64,000 nucleotides of DNA, taken from Heptranchias perlo (lineage: Eukaryota). The position numbers and the translations under genes are program-made. Under the pieces are notes generated by a model. The model had not been told where the DNA came from, did not search any database, and worked only from the letters and a program-made list of their open reading frames with translations. Positions 1 to 13,600 of this stretch are shown in pieces (the first letter of the stretch is position 1; every line of letters starts with the position of its first letter). The stretch covers positions 29,326,001-29,390,000 of the forward strand of contig NC_090336.1 in assembly GCF_035084215.1 (NCBI RefSeq), read 5' to 3'.

Positions 1-377
1 CAAAACTGGACACAATAGACCAAAACCGCAGTCATCTCATTAGCGTTATTCCTTGTAACAAGCTTCTAGTTCCATTATTATGCAACACTGACTCATGTAC
101 AGTAATTTCTACAAATGCTGGATAGTAATTTCTACGAATCCTGCATAAAATACTTCCCAACCCTTTGGATCTTGCTTGTACTGGTCATAGCCATACAAAC
201 CACAGAACCCTAGATCATACACCCGCCTCCTTCCTCAATAAACAAATTCCCTATTACCATTCAGAGTTACCCATTTACTTGGTATCAGTGCCACTCTACA
301 CAGAGTTCATTATTAGAGGTAGTTGGTTCTACAGATTTGTCCCTCTGCAATGGGATAAATACAGTCAGACTAATTAA

Positions 378-1238
378 CCCCTCAATTAATGAAGCAGTCC
401 GAGCCCGCATGCAGCAAGACCTGGACAACATCCAGGCTTGGGCTCATAAGTGGCAAGTAACATTCGCGCCGGATAAGTGCCAGGCAATGACCATCTCCAA
501 CAAAAGAGAGTCTAACCACCTCCACTTGACATTCAACGGCATTACCATCGCCGAATCCCCCACCATCAACATTCTGGGGGTCACCATTGACCAGAAAATT
601 AACTGGACCAGCCATATAAATACTGTGGCTACGAGAGCAGGTCAGAGGCTGGGTATTCTGCGGCAAGTGACTCACCTCCTGACTCCCCAAAGCCTTTCCA
701 CCATCTACAAGGCACAAGTCAGGAGTGTGATGTAATACTCTCCACTTGCCTGGATGAGTGCAGCTCCAACAACACTCAAGAAGCTCGACACCATCCAGGA
801 CAAAGCAGCCCACTTGATTGGCACTCCATCCACCACCCTACACATTCACTCCCTTCACCACCGGCGCACAGTGGCTGCAGTGTGTACCATCCACAGGATG
901 CACTGCAGCAACTCGCCAAGGCTTCTTCGACAGCTCCTCCCAATCCCGCGACCTCTACCACCTAGAAGGACAAGAGCAGCAGGTACATGGGAACAACACC
1001 ACCTGCACGTTCCCCTCCAAGTCACACACCATCCTGACTTGGAAATATATCGCCGTTCCTTCATCGTCACTGGGTCAAAATCCTGGAACTCCCTTCCTAA
1101 CAGCACTGTGGGAGAACCGTCACCACACGGACTACAGCGGTTCAAGAGGGCGGCTCACCACCACCTTCTCAAGGGCAATTAGGGATGGGCAATAAATGCC
1201 GGCCTCGCCAGCGACGCCCACATGAACGAATGAAAAAA
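378..1238 (+). mobile_element. 5'-truncated LINE (CR1/L2/Jockey-group, 'family A'), RT C-terminus plus 3' UTR
   Basis: ORFs 337-735 and 754-1182 encode an RT C-terminal region (QQDLDNIQAWA.KWQVTF, LGVTIDQK.NW..HI) with an in-frame stop at about 733. Ends in GAACGAATGAAAAAAA. Near-identical copies at 24995, 49365 and 55038. Confidence 0.93.
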
Positions 1239-2199
1239 ATATTTATTTTTCACCTACTGAACTGGGGCCAAACACCTCAAAAATAAAATCAGCATAAAAT
1301 TAGCACACATATTTTATAGTCTCTATATTCAAGTATCAATAGCCCTTTGCAAAATATTGCATTTTATTGTCTGGTGAGAGTCTTAAGTAAATATTTCTCT
1401 GGTGGAGTCTTGTCTCTTTGTTGGTTTATTTGTCACACCCAATACATTTTTCTGAGCATATTTCATCTTTCACAGGAGGAAAATATACCCAGCCAGAAAA
1501 TGTGTGGGGTGTTAAAGAAACGGCCTGATAATAACGGCCAGGCAACATTTCTGATGTTTGAGGGACAGCTTTTGATTAACACTTAATGCTTTTTCAGTTT
1601 TACATTGTCTTTATAGAACTCTTAACCTAGGTAGATAAGATTTGATTTTTTTTTCTTGTTATATTTAAAAATAAAATACACGTAAGTTGAAAGGTAAACA
1701 AGAAGCTTTGTTGTAGGCTGTAGTTATACTAGAAATACTGACCCAAGTTAACTAGAGTTATATTGCAACTTGGTTCTTTAGTTCTTTAATTTTGCAGCAG
1801 TTTCAAATATGGTTCTGGGCCCCAGGGCATACTAAGGAATTGGCAAGATGATATATGCACATTTATACATACAAGAATAAGTACTGAAATTTAAAACCTA
1901 AAGAAACTTTTGTTGAACATATCGGGCTAAAAGGGGTCAACATTTTCAATGTTTTGTTGCTGAGCTGCAGTATCGGGCATTCATTTAAAACCCAGCTGTA
2001 CCCTCCAGAAGACTGGGGTTACACTGCTTCATGTAAATTGCAAAATGGGTTTGAAACCCCCAACTACATCGAGTTTCCCCCTCTTACTTCAATGTGCTAT
2101 GGAGTCAGATCATTAATCTGGCTCCAGAAATCTAATGTGAGCATAAATGGCAGTGCAACAGGTACAATGTACTTGCTACCTGCGAGGATAAGGATGCAG

Positions 2200-3620
2200 A
2201 CTGTGGGGTGGCTGGCCAGAATGCTAACTGTGGCACCGTGAAGCAGGAGGCAATTCAAGGGGGGGTGGGGAGAGCAGACGAGAAAGGTTATAGTCATCGG
2301 GGATTCGATAAACGGTAGTAGGTCTGTGGAATTTGCTGCCCCAGGAAGCTGTGGAAGCTACCTCATTAAACAAATTTAAAACAGAAATAGACAGTTTCCC
2401 AGAAGTAAAGGGAATTAGGGGTTACGGGGAGCGGGCAGGAAATTGGACATGAATTTAGATTTGAGGTTAGGATCAGATCAGCCATGATCTTATTGAATGG
2501 CGGAGCAGGCTCGAGGGGCCGATTGGCCTACTCCTGCTCCTATTTCTTATGTTCTTATGTTCTTATGATAATTAGGGGGATAGATAGCATCCTCTGCAGT
2601 CACAAGCGAGTGTCCATAAGGTTGTGTTGCCTGCCTGGTGCAAAGGTAAAGGATATCTCGGAGCAACTGGAGAGGACCTTGGATAGTAAGGGGGAAAGAT
2701 CCACTTGTCGTGGTCCATGTTGGGACCAATACCATAGGGAAGAATAGTGAGGAGGTCCTGCTAAGGGGATATCAGAAGTTAGGAACTAAATTTAAAAAAA
2801 CAGGACCTCACAGGTGGTAATCACGGCATTACTATCCGAGCCATTGGCATAGAGATAGGCAGATAAGAAAAGTGAATGCGTGGCTGAAAGACTGGAGTGA
2901 GAAGGAGGGGTTCCATTTCATGGGACACTGACACCAGTACTGGGACAGGATGGGCTACACCTGAACCGTAATGGGACCAGTGTCCCAGCAGAAAGGATAA
3001 ACAGGGCTGTTGATAGGACTTCAAACTAGTAAGGCGGTGGGAGGGATCTGGTGAAAATAACCTAAGTCTGAAGATAAAAGAAATGGGAGATGAGAGTAAA
3101 GTTCAGACCAAGGTAAGGAATAAGGGCAACATAAACGGTCAGGGAACAAATACAGTTATAGAACATGAGTAAAAAACAACTGTTAAAAATAAAGTGAGGG
3201 GAACAATTATTAAAACAAATTAAATCGCCTGTTTAGCACAGCGTCCGAAACAAAACGGGGGAACTGGAGGCAATAATTTGTAGCGAGGAGCCAGATGGAG
3301 GAGGGATAACTGAAACATGGATACATAAAGAACAGGACTGGCAGTTAAATATTGCAGGATATAACGTATTTAGAAAGGATAGGGAAGGAAGTGGGGGGGG
3401 GGGAACTGGAGTATCTGTACTAGTTAGAGACAACATAATGGCAATAGATGGGACATAAGTAATATTAATATAGAAGCAGAATCCATATGGATTGAGACAA
3501 AGGATAAGAAGGGATCGATCACATTAATAGGTATATTCTACAGACCACCTAATAGTGAAATGAGTAAAAATCATCGTATAATAATCATGGGAGATTTCAA
3601 CAACCCCACAAATAAACTGG
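2200..3620 (+). mobile_element. Degenerate CR1 LINE, ORF1 SGNH-esterase region and start of ORF2 APE endonuclease
   Basis: Translations VIVIGDS..IRGIDSILC...CLPGAKVKDISEQL (CR1 ORF1 esterase), GITETW, FRKDR..GGG, FYRPP, IMGDFN..INW (APE). Frameshifted; 5' boundary approximate. Confidence 0.85.
2312..2567 (+). mobile_element. CR1 3'-end fragment nested in the CR1 ORF1
   Basis: CR1 3' UTR (gatcagccatgatcttattgaatggcggagcaggctcgagggg...) ending in (TTCTTATG)n; GATAA repeated on both sides. Confidence 0.85.
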
Positions 3621-6600
3621 CCAGACAGTGTTCCCTGGGCTAGGGGTGAGAGAGTAGCACTCCTTCCAGACAGTGTTCCCTGGGCTCTAGGGGTGACAGA
3701 GTATCACTCCCTCCAGACAGTGTTCCCTGGGCTCTAGGGGTGAGAGAGTATCACTCCCTCCAGACAGTGTTCCCTGGGCTAGGGGTGAGAGAGTATCACT
3801 CCCTCCAGACAGTGTTCCCTGGGCTAGGGGTGAGAGAGTATCACTCCCTCCAGGCAGCGTTCCCTGGGCTCTAGGGGTGAGAGAGTATCACTCCCTCCAG
3901 ACAGTGTTCCCTGGGCTAGGGGTGAGAGAGTATCACTCCCTCCAGACAGCGTTCCCTCGGCTAGGGGTGAGAGAGTAGCACTCCCTCCAGACAGTGTTCC
4001 CTGGGCTCTAGGGGTGACAGAGTATCACTCCCTCCAGACAGTGTTCCGTGGGCTCTAGGGGTGAGAGAGTATCACTCCCTCCAGACAGTGTTCCCTGGGC
4101 TAGGGGTGAGAGAGTATCACTCCCTCCAGACAATGTTCCCTGGGCTCTAGGGGTGAGAGAGTATCACTCCCTCCAGACAGTGTTCCCTGGGCTAGGGGTG
4201 AGAGAGTATCACTCCCTCCAGACAGTGTTCCCTGGGCTAGGGGTGAGAGAGTATCACTCCCTCCAGACAGTGTTCTCTGGGCTAGGGGTGAGAGAGTAGC
4301 ACTCCCTCCAGACAGTGTTCCCTGGGCTCTAGCGGTGAGAGAGTATCACTCCCTCCAGACAGTGTTCCCTGGGCTCTAGCGGTGAGAGAGTATCACTCCC
4401 TCCAGACAGTGTTCCCTGGGCTAGGGGTGAGAGAGTATCACTCCCTCCAGACAGTGTTCCCTGGGCTAGGGGTGAGAGAGTATCACTCCCTCCAGACAGT
4501 GTTCCCTGGGCTCTAGGGGTGACAGAGTATCACTCCCTCCAGACAGTGTTCCCTGGGCTAGGGGTGAGAGAGTATCACTCCCTCCAGACAGCGTTCCCTG
4601 GGCTAGGGGTGAGAGAGTATCACTCCCTCCAGACAGTGTTCCCTGGGCTCTAGCGGTGAGAGAGTATCACTCCCTCCAGACAGTGTTCCCTGGGCTCTAG
4701 GGGTGAGAGAGTATCACTCCCTCCAGACAGTGTTCCCTGGGCTCTAGGGGTGAGAGAGTATCACTCCCTCCAGACAATGTTCCCTGGGCTCTAGGGGTGA
4801 GAGAGTATCACTCCCTCCAGACAGTGTTCCCTGGGCTAGGGGTGAGAGAGTATCACTCCCTCCAGACAGTGTTCCCTGGGCTAGGGGTGAGAGAGTATCA
4901 CTCCCTCCAGACAGTGTTCCCTGGGCTAGGGGTGAGAGAGTAGCACTCCCTCCAGACAGTGTTCCCTGGGCTCTAGGGGTGAGAGAGTATCACTCCCTCC
5001 AGACAGCGTTCCCTGGGCTAGGGGTGAGAGAGTATCACTCCCTCCAGACAGTGTTCCCTGGGCTCTAGGGGTGACAGAGTATCACTCCCTCCAGACAGCG
5101 TTCCCTGGGCTAGCGGTGAGAGAGTATCACTCCCTCCAGACAGCGTTCCCTGGGCTAGCGGTGAGAGAGTATCACTCCCTCCAGACAGTGTTCCCTGGGC
5201 TAGGGGTGAGAGAGTATCACTCCCTCCAGACAGTGTTCCCTGGGCTCTAGGGGTGAGAGAGTATCACTCCCTCCAGACAGCGTTCCCTGGGCTAGGGGTG
5301 AGAGAGTATCACTCCCTCCAGACAGTGTTCCCTGGGCTCTAGGGGTGAGAGAGTATCACTCCCTCCAGACAGCGTTCCCTGGGCTAGCGGTGAGAGAGTA
5401 TCACTCCCTCCAGACAGTGTTCCCTGGGCTAGGGGTGAGAGAGTATCACTCCCTCCAGACAGTGTTCCCTGGGCTAGGGGTGAGAGAGTATCACTCCCTC
5501 CAGACAGTGTTCCCTGGGCTAGGGGTGAGAGAGTATCACTCCCTCCAGACAGTGTTCCCTGGGCTAGGGGTGAGAGAGTATCACTCCCTCCAGACAGTGT
5601 TCCCTGGGCTAGGGGTGAGAGAGTATCACTCCCTCCAGACAGTGTTCCCTGGGCTAGGGGTGAGAGAGTAGCACTCCCTCCAGACAGTGTTCCCTAGGCT
5701 CTAGGGGTGAGAGAGTATCACTCCCTCCAGACAGCGTTCCCTGGGCTAGGGGTGAGAGAGTATCACTCCCTCCAGACAGTGTTCCCTGGGCTCTAGGGGT
5801 GACAGAGTATCACTCCCTCCAGACAGCGTTCCCTGGGCTAGCGGTGAGAGAGTATCACTCCCTCCAGACAGCGTTCCCTGGGCTAGCGGTGAGAGAGTAT
5901 CACTCCCTCCAGACAGTGTTCCCTGGGCTAGGGGTGAGAGAGTATCACTCCCTCCAGACAGTGTTCCCTGGGCTCTAGGGGTGAGAGAGTATCACTCCCT
6001 CCAGACAGCGTTCCCTGGGCTAGGGGTGAGAGAGTATCACTCCCTCCAGACAGTGTTCCCTGGGCTCTAGGGGTGAGAGAGTATCACTCCCTCCAGACAG
6101 CGTTCCCTGGGCTAGCGGTGAGAGAGTATCACTCCCTCCAGACAGTGTTCCCTGGGCTAGGGGTGAGAGAGTATCACTCCCTCCAGACAGTGTTCCCTGG
6201 GCTAGGGGTGAGAGAGTATCACTCCCTCCAGACAGTGTTCCCTGGGCTAGGGGTGAGAGAGTATCACTCCCTCCAGACAGTGTTCCCTGGGCTAGGGGTG
6301 AGAGAGTATCACTCCCTCCAGACAGTGTTCCCTGGGCTAGGGGTGAGAGAGTATCACTCCCTCCAGACAGTGTTCCCTGGGCTAGGGGTGAGAGAGTATC
6401 ACTCCCTCCAGACAGTGTTCCCTGGGCTAGGGGTGAGAGAGTATCACTCCCTCCAGACAGTGTTCCCTGGGCTAGGGGTGAGAGAGTATCACTCCCTCCA
6501 GACAGTGTTCCCTGGGCTAGGGGTGAGAGAGTATCACTCCCTCCAGACAGTGTTCTCTGGGCTAGGGGTGAGAGAGTATCACTCCCTCCAGACAGTGTTC

Positions 6601-6654
6601 TCTGGGCTAGGGGTGAGAGAGTATCACTCCCTCCAGACAGTGTTCCCTGGGCTC
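3621..6654. repeat. Minisatellite, 39/41-bp unit CCAGACAGTGTTCCCTGGGCT(CT)AGGGGTGAGAGAGTATCACTCCCT, about 75 copies
   Basis: Direct tandem repetition; units differ by an optional CT and a few substitutions. ORFs across it are 13-aa periodic. Confidence 0.98.
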
Positions 6655-6883
6655 TGCAGGACTTGTCCTTCGGTTTGTTATCTTTGTGATAACAATGAGC
6701 CCTGAATAATCTCACCGCTTGTGACAGTTTAAACGATGCAGCTGATTTAGTGATTCTCCTCCAACCAGAACCTCCAGTGCTGAGTTATAGATCAGGGTGT
6801 GGAGATGCCGGTGATGGACTGGGTTTGACAATTGTAAATAATTTTACAACACCAAGTTATAGTCCAACGATTTTTATTTGAAA

Positions 6884-6922
6884 TCTACAAGCTTTCGGAG
6901 GCTTCCTCCTTCGTCAGGTAAA
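6884..6922 (-). ncRNA. Minimal type I hammerhead ribozyme motif (Penelope pLTR)
   Basis: Reverse complement TTTAC-CTGACGA-A-GGAG-GAAGC-CTCC-GAAA-GC-TT-GTAGA: CUGANGA and GAAA cores, stem II GGAG/CTCC, stem I TAC/GTA, palindromic AAGCTT stem III. Confidence 0.75.
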
Positions 6923-7440
6923 TGTTCAGGAGCTCCTTGAAGCCTACGCATTTATACATCACAGAACAATACATGGTGTTTACAGACTGCCCCTGCAACT
7001 GCCCGTTGCCGAGGCAATCACCGTGTTCAGACAGAGAGGTGTCACCTACAGAACCCCCGAATACACATTCAACAAAAAAACAAACAGGAAAAAAAAACAG
7101 AGAGAGAGAGAGAGGCAGAAACACCCGGAAGGCAGAGAAAGCCAGCAAATGACCCATTATATTAAAAACAGATAGCTTTAGTTCGCTGGTGGGGTTACGT
7201 GCAGTGTGACATGAACCCAAGATCCCGGTTGAGGCCGTCCTCATGGGTGCGGAACTTGGCTATCAATTTCTGCTCGACAATTTTGAGTTGTCGTGTGTCT
7301 CGAAGGCCGCCTTGGAGAACGCTTACCCTCTGTCTGAACACGGTGATTGCCTCGACAACGGGCAGTTGCAGGGGCAGTCTGTAATCACCATGTATTGTTC
7401 TGTGATGTATAAATGCGTAGGCTTCAAGGAGCTCCTGACA

Positions 7441-7479
7441 TTTACCTGAGGAAGGGGGAAACCTCCGAAAGCTTGTAGA
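7441..7479 (+). ncRNA. Minimal hammerhead ribozyme motif in the inverted pLTR copy
   Basis: TTTAC-CTGAGGA-A-GGGG-GAAAC-CTCC-GAAA-GC-TT-GTAGA. Confidence 0.7.
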
Positions 7480-7636
7480 TTTCAAATAAAAATCGTTGGA
7501 CTATAACTTGGTGTTGTAAAATTGTTTACAATTATAGATCAGGATCAGTGATGTTCAATTGTGCTTTAAACCCCCTCTGTGGGCCAACGGAAATAAAAGG
7601 AGTTTTATGGCATAGTCGCTGTAACTGGACAGCAGG

Positions 7637-10600
7637 AAATCACAGCAATAAGATCACAGTTTATCACAGGAATAAGATCACAGTGAATCACAGGAATAAG
7701 ATCACAGTGAATCACAGGAATAAGATCACAGTTAATCACAGGAATAAGATCACAGTGAATCACAGGAATAAGATCACAGTGAATCACAGGAATAAGATCA
7801 CAGTGAATCACAGGAATAAGATCACAGTTAATCACAGGAATAAGATCACAGTGAATCACAGGAATAAGATCACAGTAAATCACAGGAATAAGATCACAGT
7901 GAATCACTGGAATAAGATCACAGTGAATCACTGGAATAAGATCACAGTTAATCACAGGAATAAGATCACAGTGAATCACAGGAATAAGATCACAGTGAAT
8001 CACAGGAATAAGATCACAGTGAATCACAGGAATAAGATCACAGTGAATCACAGGAATAAGATCACAGTGAATCACAGGAATAAGATCACAGTTAATCACA
8101 GGAATAAGATCACAGTGAATCACATGAATAAGATCACAGTAAATCACAGGAATAAGATCACAGTGAATCACAGGAATAAGATCACAGTAAATCACAGGAA
8201 TAAGATCACAGTGAATCACAGGAATAAGATCACAGTGAATCACAGGAATAAGATCACAGTGAATCACAGCAATAAGATCACAGTGAATCACAGCAATAAG
8301 ATCACAGTGAATCACAGGAATAAGATCACAGTTAATCACAGGAATAAGATCACAGTAAATCACAACAATAAGATCGCAGTGAATCACTGGAATAAGATCA
8401 CAGTGAATCACAGGAATAAGATCACAGTAAATCACAGGAATAAGATCACAGTGAATCACAGGAATAAGATCACAGTGAATCACAGGAATAAGATCACAGT
8501 GAATCACAGGAATAAGATCACAGTGAATCACTGGAATAAGATCACAGTAAATCACAGCAATAAGATCACAGTGAATCACAGGAATAAGATCACAGTGAAT
8601 CACTGGAATAAGATCACAGTGAATCACAGGAATAAGATCACAGTTAATCACAGGAATAAGATCACAGTGAATCACAGGAATAAGATCACAGTAAATCACA
8701 GCAATAAGATCACAGTGAATCACAGGAATAAGATCACAGTGAATCACAGGAATAAGATCACAGTTAATCACAGGAATAAGATCACAGTTAATCACAGGAA
8801 TAAGATCACAGTGAATCACAGCAATAAGATCACAGTGAATCACAGGAATAAGGTCACAGTGAATCACAGGAATAAGATCACAGTGAATCACAGGAATAAG
8901 ATCACAGTGAATCACAGGAATAAGATCACAGTAAATCACAGGAATAAGATCACAGTGAATCACTGGAATAAGATCACAGTGAATCACAGGAATAAGATCA
9001 CAGTTAATCACAGGAATAAGATCACAGTGAATCACTGGAATAAGATCACAGTGAATCACAGCAATAAGATCACAGTGAATCACAGGAATCAGATCACAGT
9101 GAATCACAGGAATAAGATCACAGTGAATCACAGGAATAAGATCACAGTGAATCACAGGAATAAGATCACAGTGAATCACAGCAATAAGATCACAGTGAAT
9201 CACAGCAATAAGATCACAGTGAATCACAGGAATAAGATCACAGTTAATCACAGGAATAAGATCACAGTAAATCACAAAAATAAGATCACAGTGAATCACA
9301 GGAATAAGATCACAGTGAATCACTGGAATAAGATCACAGTGAATCACAGGAATAAGATGACAGTAAATCACAGGAATAAGATCACAGTGAATCACAGGAA
9401 TAAGATCACAGTGAATCACAGGAATAAGATCACAGTGAATCACAGGAATAAGATCACAGTGAATCACTGGAATAAGATCACAGTTAATCACAGGAATAAG
9501 ATCACAGTAAATCACAGCAATAAGATCAAAGTGAATCACAGGAATAAGATCACAGTGAATCACTGGAATAAGATCACAGTGAATCACAGGAATAAGATCA
9601 CAGTAAATCACAGGAATAAGATCACAGTGAATCACAGGAATAAGATCACAGTGAATCACAGGAATAAGATCACATTTAATCACAGCAATAAGATCACAGT
9701 GAATCACAGGAATAAGATCACAGAGAATCACAGGAATAAGATCACAGTGAATCACAGGAATAAGATCACAGTGAATCACAGGAATAAGATCAGAGTAAAT
9801 CACAGGAATAAGATCACAGTGAATCACAGGAATAAGATCTCAGTGAATCACAGGAATAAGATCACAGTTAATCACAGGAATAAGATCACAGTTAATCACA
9901 GGAATAAGATCACAGTGAATCACAGGAATAAGATCACAGTGAATCACAGCAATAAGATCACAGAAAATCACAGGAATAAGATCACAGTGAATCACAGGAA
10001 TAAGATCACAGTGAATCACAGGAATAAGATCACATTTAATCACAGCAATAAGATCACAGTGAATCACAGGAATAAGATCACAGAGAATCACAGGAATAAG
10101 ATCACAGTGAATCACAGGAATAAGATCACAGTGAATCACAGGAATAAGATCACAGTAAATCACAGGAATAAGATCACAGTGAATCACAGGAATAAGATCA
10201 CAGTGAATCACAGGAATAAGATCACAGTGAATCACAGCAATAAGATCACAGTGAATCACAGGAATAAGATCACAGTGAATCACTGGAATAAGATCACAGT
10301 GAATCACAGGAATAAGATCACAGTAAATCACAGGAATAAGATCACAGTGAATCACAGGAATAAGAACACAGTGAATCACAGGAATAAGATCACAGTGAAT
10401 CACAGGAATAAGATCACAGTGAATCACAGGAATAAGATCACAGTAAATCACAGGAATAAGATCACAGTGAATCACAGGAATAAGATCACAGTAAATCACA
10501 GGAATAAGATCACAGTGAATCACTGGAATAAGATCACAGTGAATCACTGGAATAAGATCACAGTTAATCACAGGAATAAGATCACAGTGAATCACAGGAA

Positions 10601-13600
10601 TAAGATCACAGTGAATCACAGGAATAAGATCACAGTGAATCACTGGAATAAGATCACAGTGAATCACTGGAATAAGATCACAGTTAATCACAGGAATAAG
10701 ATCACAGTGAATCACAGGAATAAGATCACAGTGAATCACAGGAATAAGATCACAGTGAATCACTGGAATAAGATCACAGTGAATCACTGGAATAAGATCA
10801 CAGTTAATCACGGGAATAAGATCACAGTGAATCACATGAAAAGATCACAGTAAATCACAGGAATAAGATCACAGTGAATCACAGGAATAAGATCACAGTA
10901 AATCACAGGAATAAGATCACAGTGAATCACAGGAATAAGATCACGGTGAATCACAGGAATAAGATCACAGTAAATCACAGGAATAAGATCACAGTGAATC
11001 ACAGGAATAAGATCACAGTAAATCACAGGAATAAGATCACAGTGAATCACAGGAATAAGATCACAGTGAATCACAGGAATAAGATCACAGTGAATCACAG
11101 CAATAAGATCACAGTGAATCACAGCAATAAGATCACAGTGAATCACAGGAATAAGATCACAGTTAATCACAGGAATAAGATCACAGTAAATCACAACAAT
11201 AAGATCACAGTGAATCACTGGAATAAGATCACAGTGAATCACAGGAATAAGATCACAGTAAATCACAGGAATAAGATCACAGTGAATCACAGGAATAAGA
11301 TCACAGTAAATCACAGCAATAAGATCACAGTGAATCACAGGAATAAGATCACAGTGAATCACAGGAATAAGATCACAGTAATTCACAGCAATAAGATCAC
11401 AGTGAATCACAGGAATAAGATCACAGTGAATCACAGGAATAAGATCACAGTTAATCACAGGAATAAGATCACAGTGAATCACAGGAATACGATCACAGTG
11501 AATCACAGGAATAAGATCACAGTGAATCACAGGAATAAGGTCACAGTGAATCACAGCAATAAGATCACAGTGAATCACAGCAATAAGATCACAGTGAATC
11601 ACAGGAATAAGATCACAGTGAATCACAGGAATAAGATCACAGTGAATCACAGGAATAAGATCACAGTGAATCACAGGAATAAGATCACAGTGAATCACAG
11701 GAATAAGATCACAGTGAATCACAGGAATAAGATCACAGTTAATCACAGGAATAAGATCACAGTGAATCACAGGAATAAGATCACAGTGAATCACAGGAAT
11801 AAGATCACAGTGAATCACAGGAATAAGGTCACAGTGAATCACTGGAATAAGATCACAGTGAATCACAGCAATAAGATCACAGTGAATCACAGGAATAAGA
11901 TCACAGTGAATCACAGGAATAAGATCACAGTGAATCACAGGAATAAGATCACAGTGAATCACAGCACTAAGATCACAGTGAATCACAGGAATAAGATCAC
12001 AGTGAATCACAGCAATAAGATCACAGTGAATCACTGGAATAAGATCACAGTGAATCACAGGAATAAGATCACAGTGAATCACAGCAATAAGATCACAGTT
12101 AATCACAGGAATAAGATCACAGTGAATCACAGGAACAAGATCACAGTGAATCACAGGAATAAGATCACAGTGAATCACAGGAATAAGATCACAGTGAATC
12201 ACTGGAATAAGATCACAGTGAATCACAGGAATAAGATCACAGTAAATCACAGGAATAAGATCACAGTGAATCACAGGAATAAGATCACAGTGAATCACAG
12301 GAATAAGATCACATTTAATCACAGCAATAAGATCACAGTGAATCACTGGAATAAGATCACAGTGAATCACATGAATAAGATCACAGTAAATCACAGGAAT
12401 AAGATCACAGTGAATCACAGGAATAAGATCACAGTGAATCACAGGAATAAGATCACATTTAATCACAGCAATAAGATCACAGTGAATCACAGGAATAAGA
12501 TCACAGAGAATCACAGGAATAAGATCACAGTGAATCACAGGAATAAGATCACAGTGAATCACAGGAATAAGATCAGAGTAAATCACAGGAATAAGATCAC
12601 AGTGAATCACAGGAATAAGATCACAGTGAATCACAGGAATAAAATCACAGTTAATCACAGGAATAAGATCACAGTTAATCACAGGAATAAGATCACAGTG
12701 AATCACAGGAATAAGATCACAGTGAATCACAGCAATAAGATCACAGTAAATCACAGGAATAAGATCACAGTGAATCACAGGAATAAGATCACAGTGAATC
12801 ACAGGAATAAGATCACAATGAATCACAACAATAAGATCACAGTGAATCACAGGAATAAGATCACAGTGAATCACAGCAATAAGATCACAGTGAATCACAG
12901 GAATAAGATCACAGTGAATCACTGGAATAAGATCACAGTGAATCACAGGAATAAGATCACAGTAAATCACAGGAATAAGATCACAGTGAATCACAGGAAT
13001 AAGATCACAGTAAATCACAGGAATAAGATCACAGTGAATCACAGGAATAAGATCACAGTGAATCACAGGAATAAGATCACAGTAAATCACAGGAATAAGA
13101 TCACAATGAATCACAGATATAATATCACAGTTAATCACAGGAATAAGATCACAGTAAATCACAGGAATAAGATCACAGTGAACCACAGGAATAAGATCAC
13201 AGTAAATCACAGGAATAAGATCACAGTGAATCACAGGAATAAGATCACAGTGAATCACAGGAATAAGATCACAGTTAATCACAGGAATAAGATCACAGTG
13301 AATCACAGGAATAAGATCACAGTGAATCACATGAATAAGATCACAGTAAATCACAGGAATAAGATCACAGTGAATCACAGGAATAAGATCACAGTAAATC
13401 ACAGGAATAAGATCACAGTGAACCACAGGAATAAGATCACAGTAAATCACAGGAATAAGATCACAGTGAATCACAGGAATAAGATCACAGTGAATCACAG
13501 GAATAAGATCACAGTGAATCACAGGAATAAGATCACAGTGAATCACATGAATAAGATCACAGTAAATCACAGGAATAAGATCACAGTGAATCACAGGAAT

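Larger units (their letters stand above)
6797..7531 (-). mobile_element. Penelope-like element fragment with inverted pseudo-LTR
   Basis: GIY-YIG C-terminus (VSVLQGGLRDTRQLKIVEQKLIAKFRTHEDGLNRDLGFMSH) on the minus strand. About 6830-7035 is repeated in inverted orientation at about 7327-7531. 12-bp TSD TTATAGATCAGG at 6785-6796 and 7532-7543. Confidence 0.92.

Noticed and set aside
3621-6715. CRISPR-like appearance and 13-aa repeat ORFs
   Set aside because: Units are contiguous with no unique spacers, there are no cas genes, and the context is eukaryotic. The ORFs arise from 39-bp periodicity.
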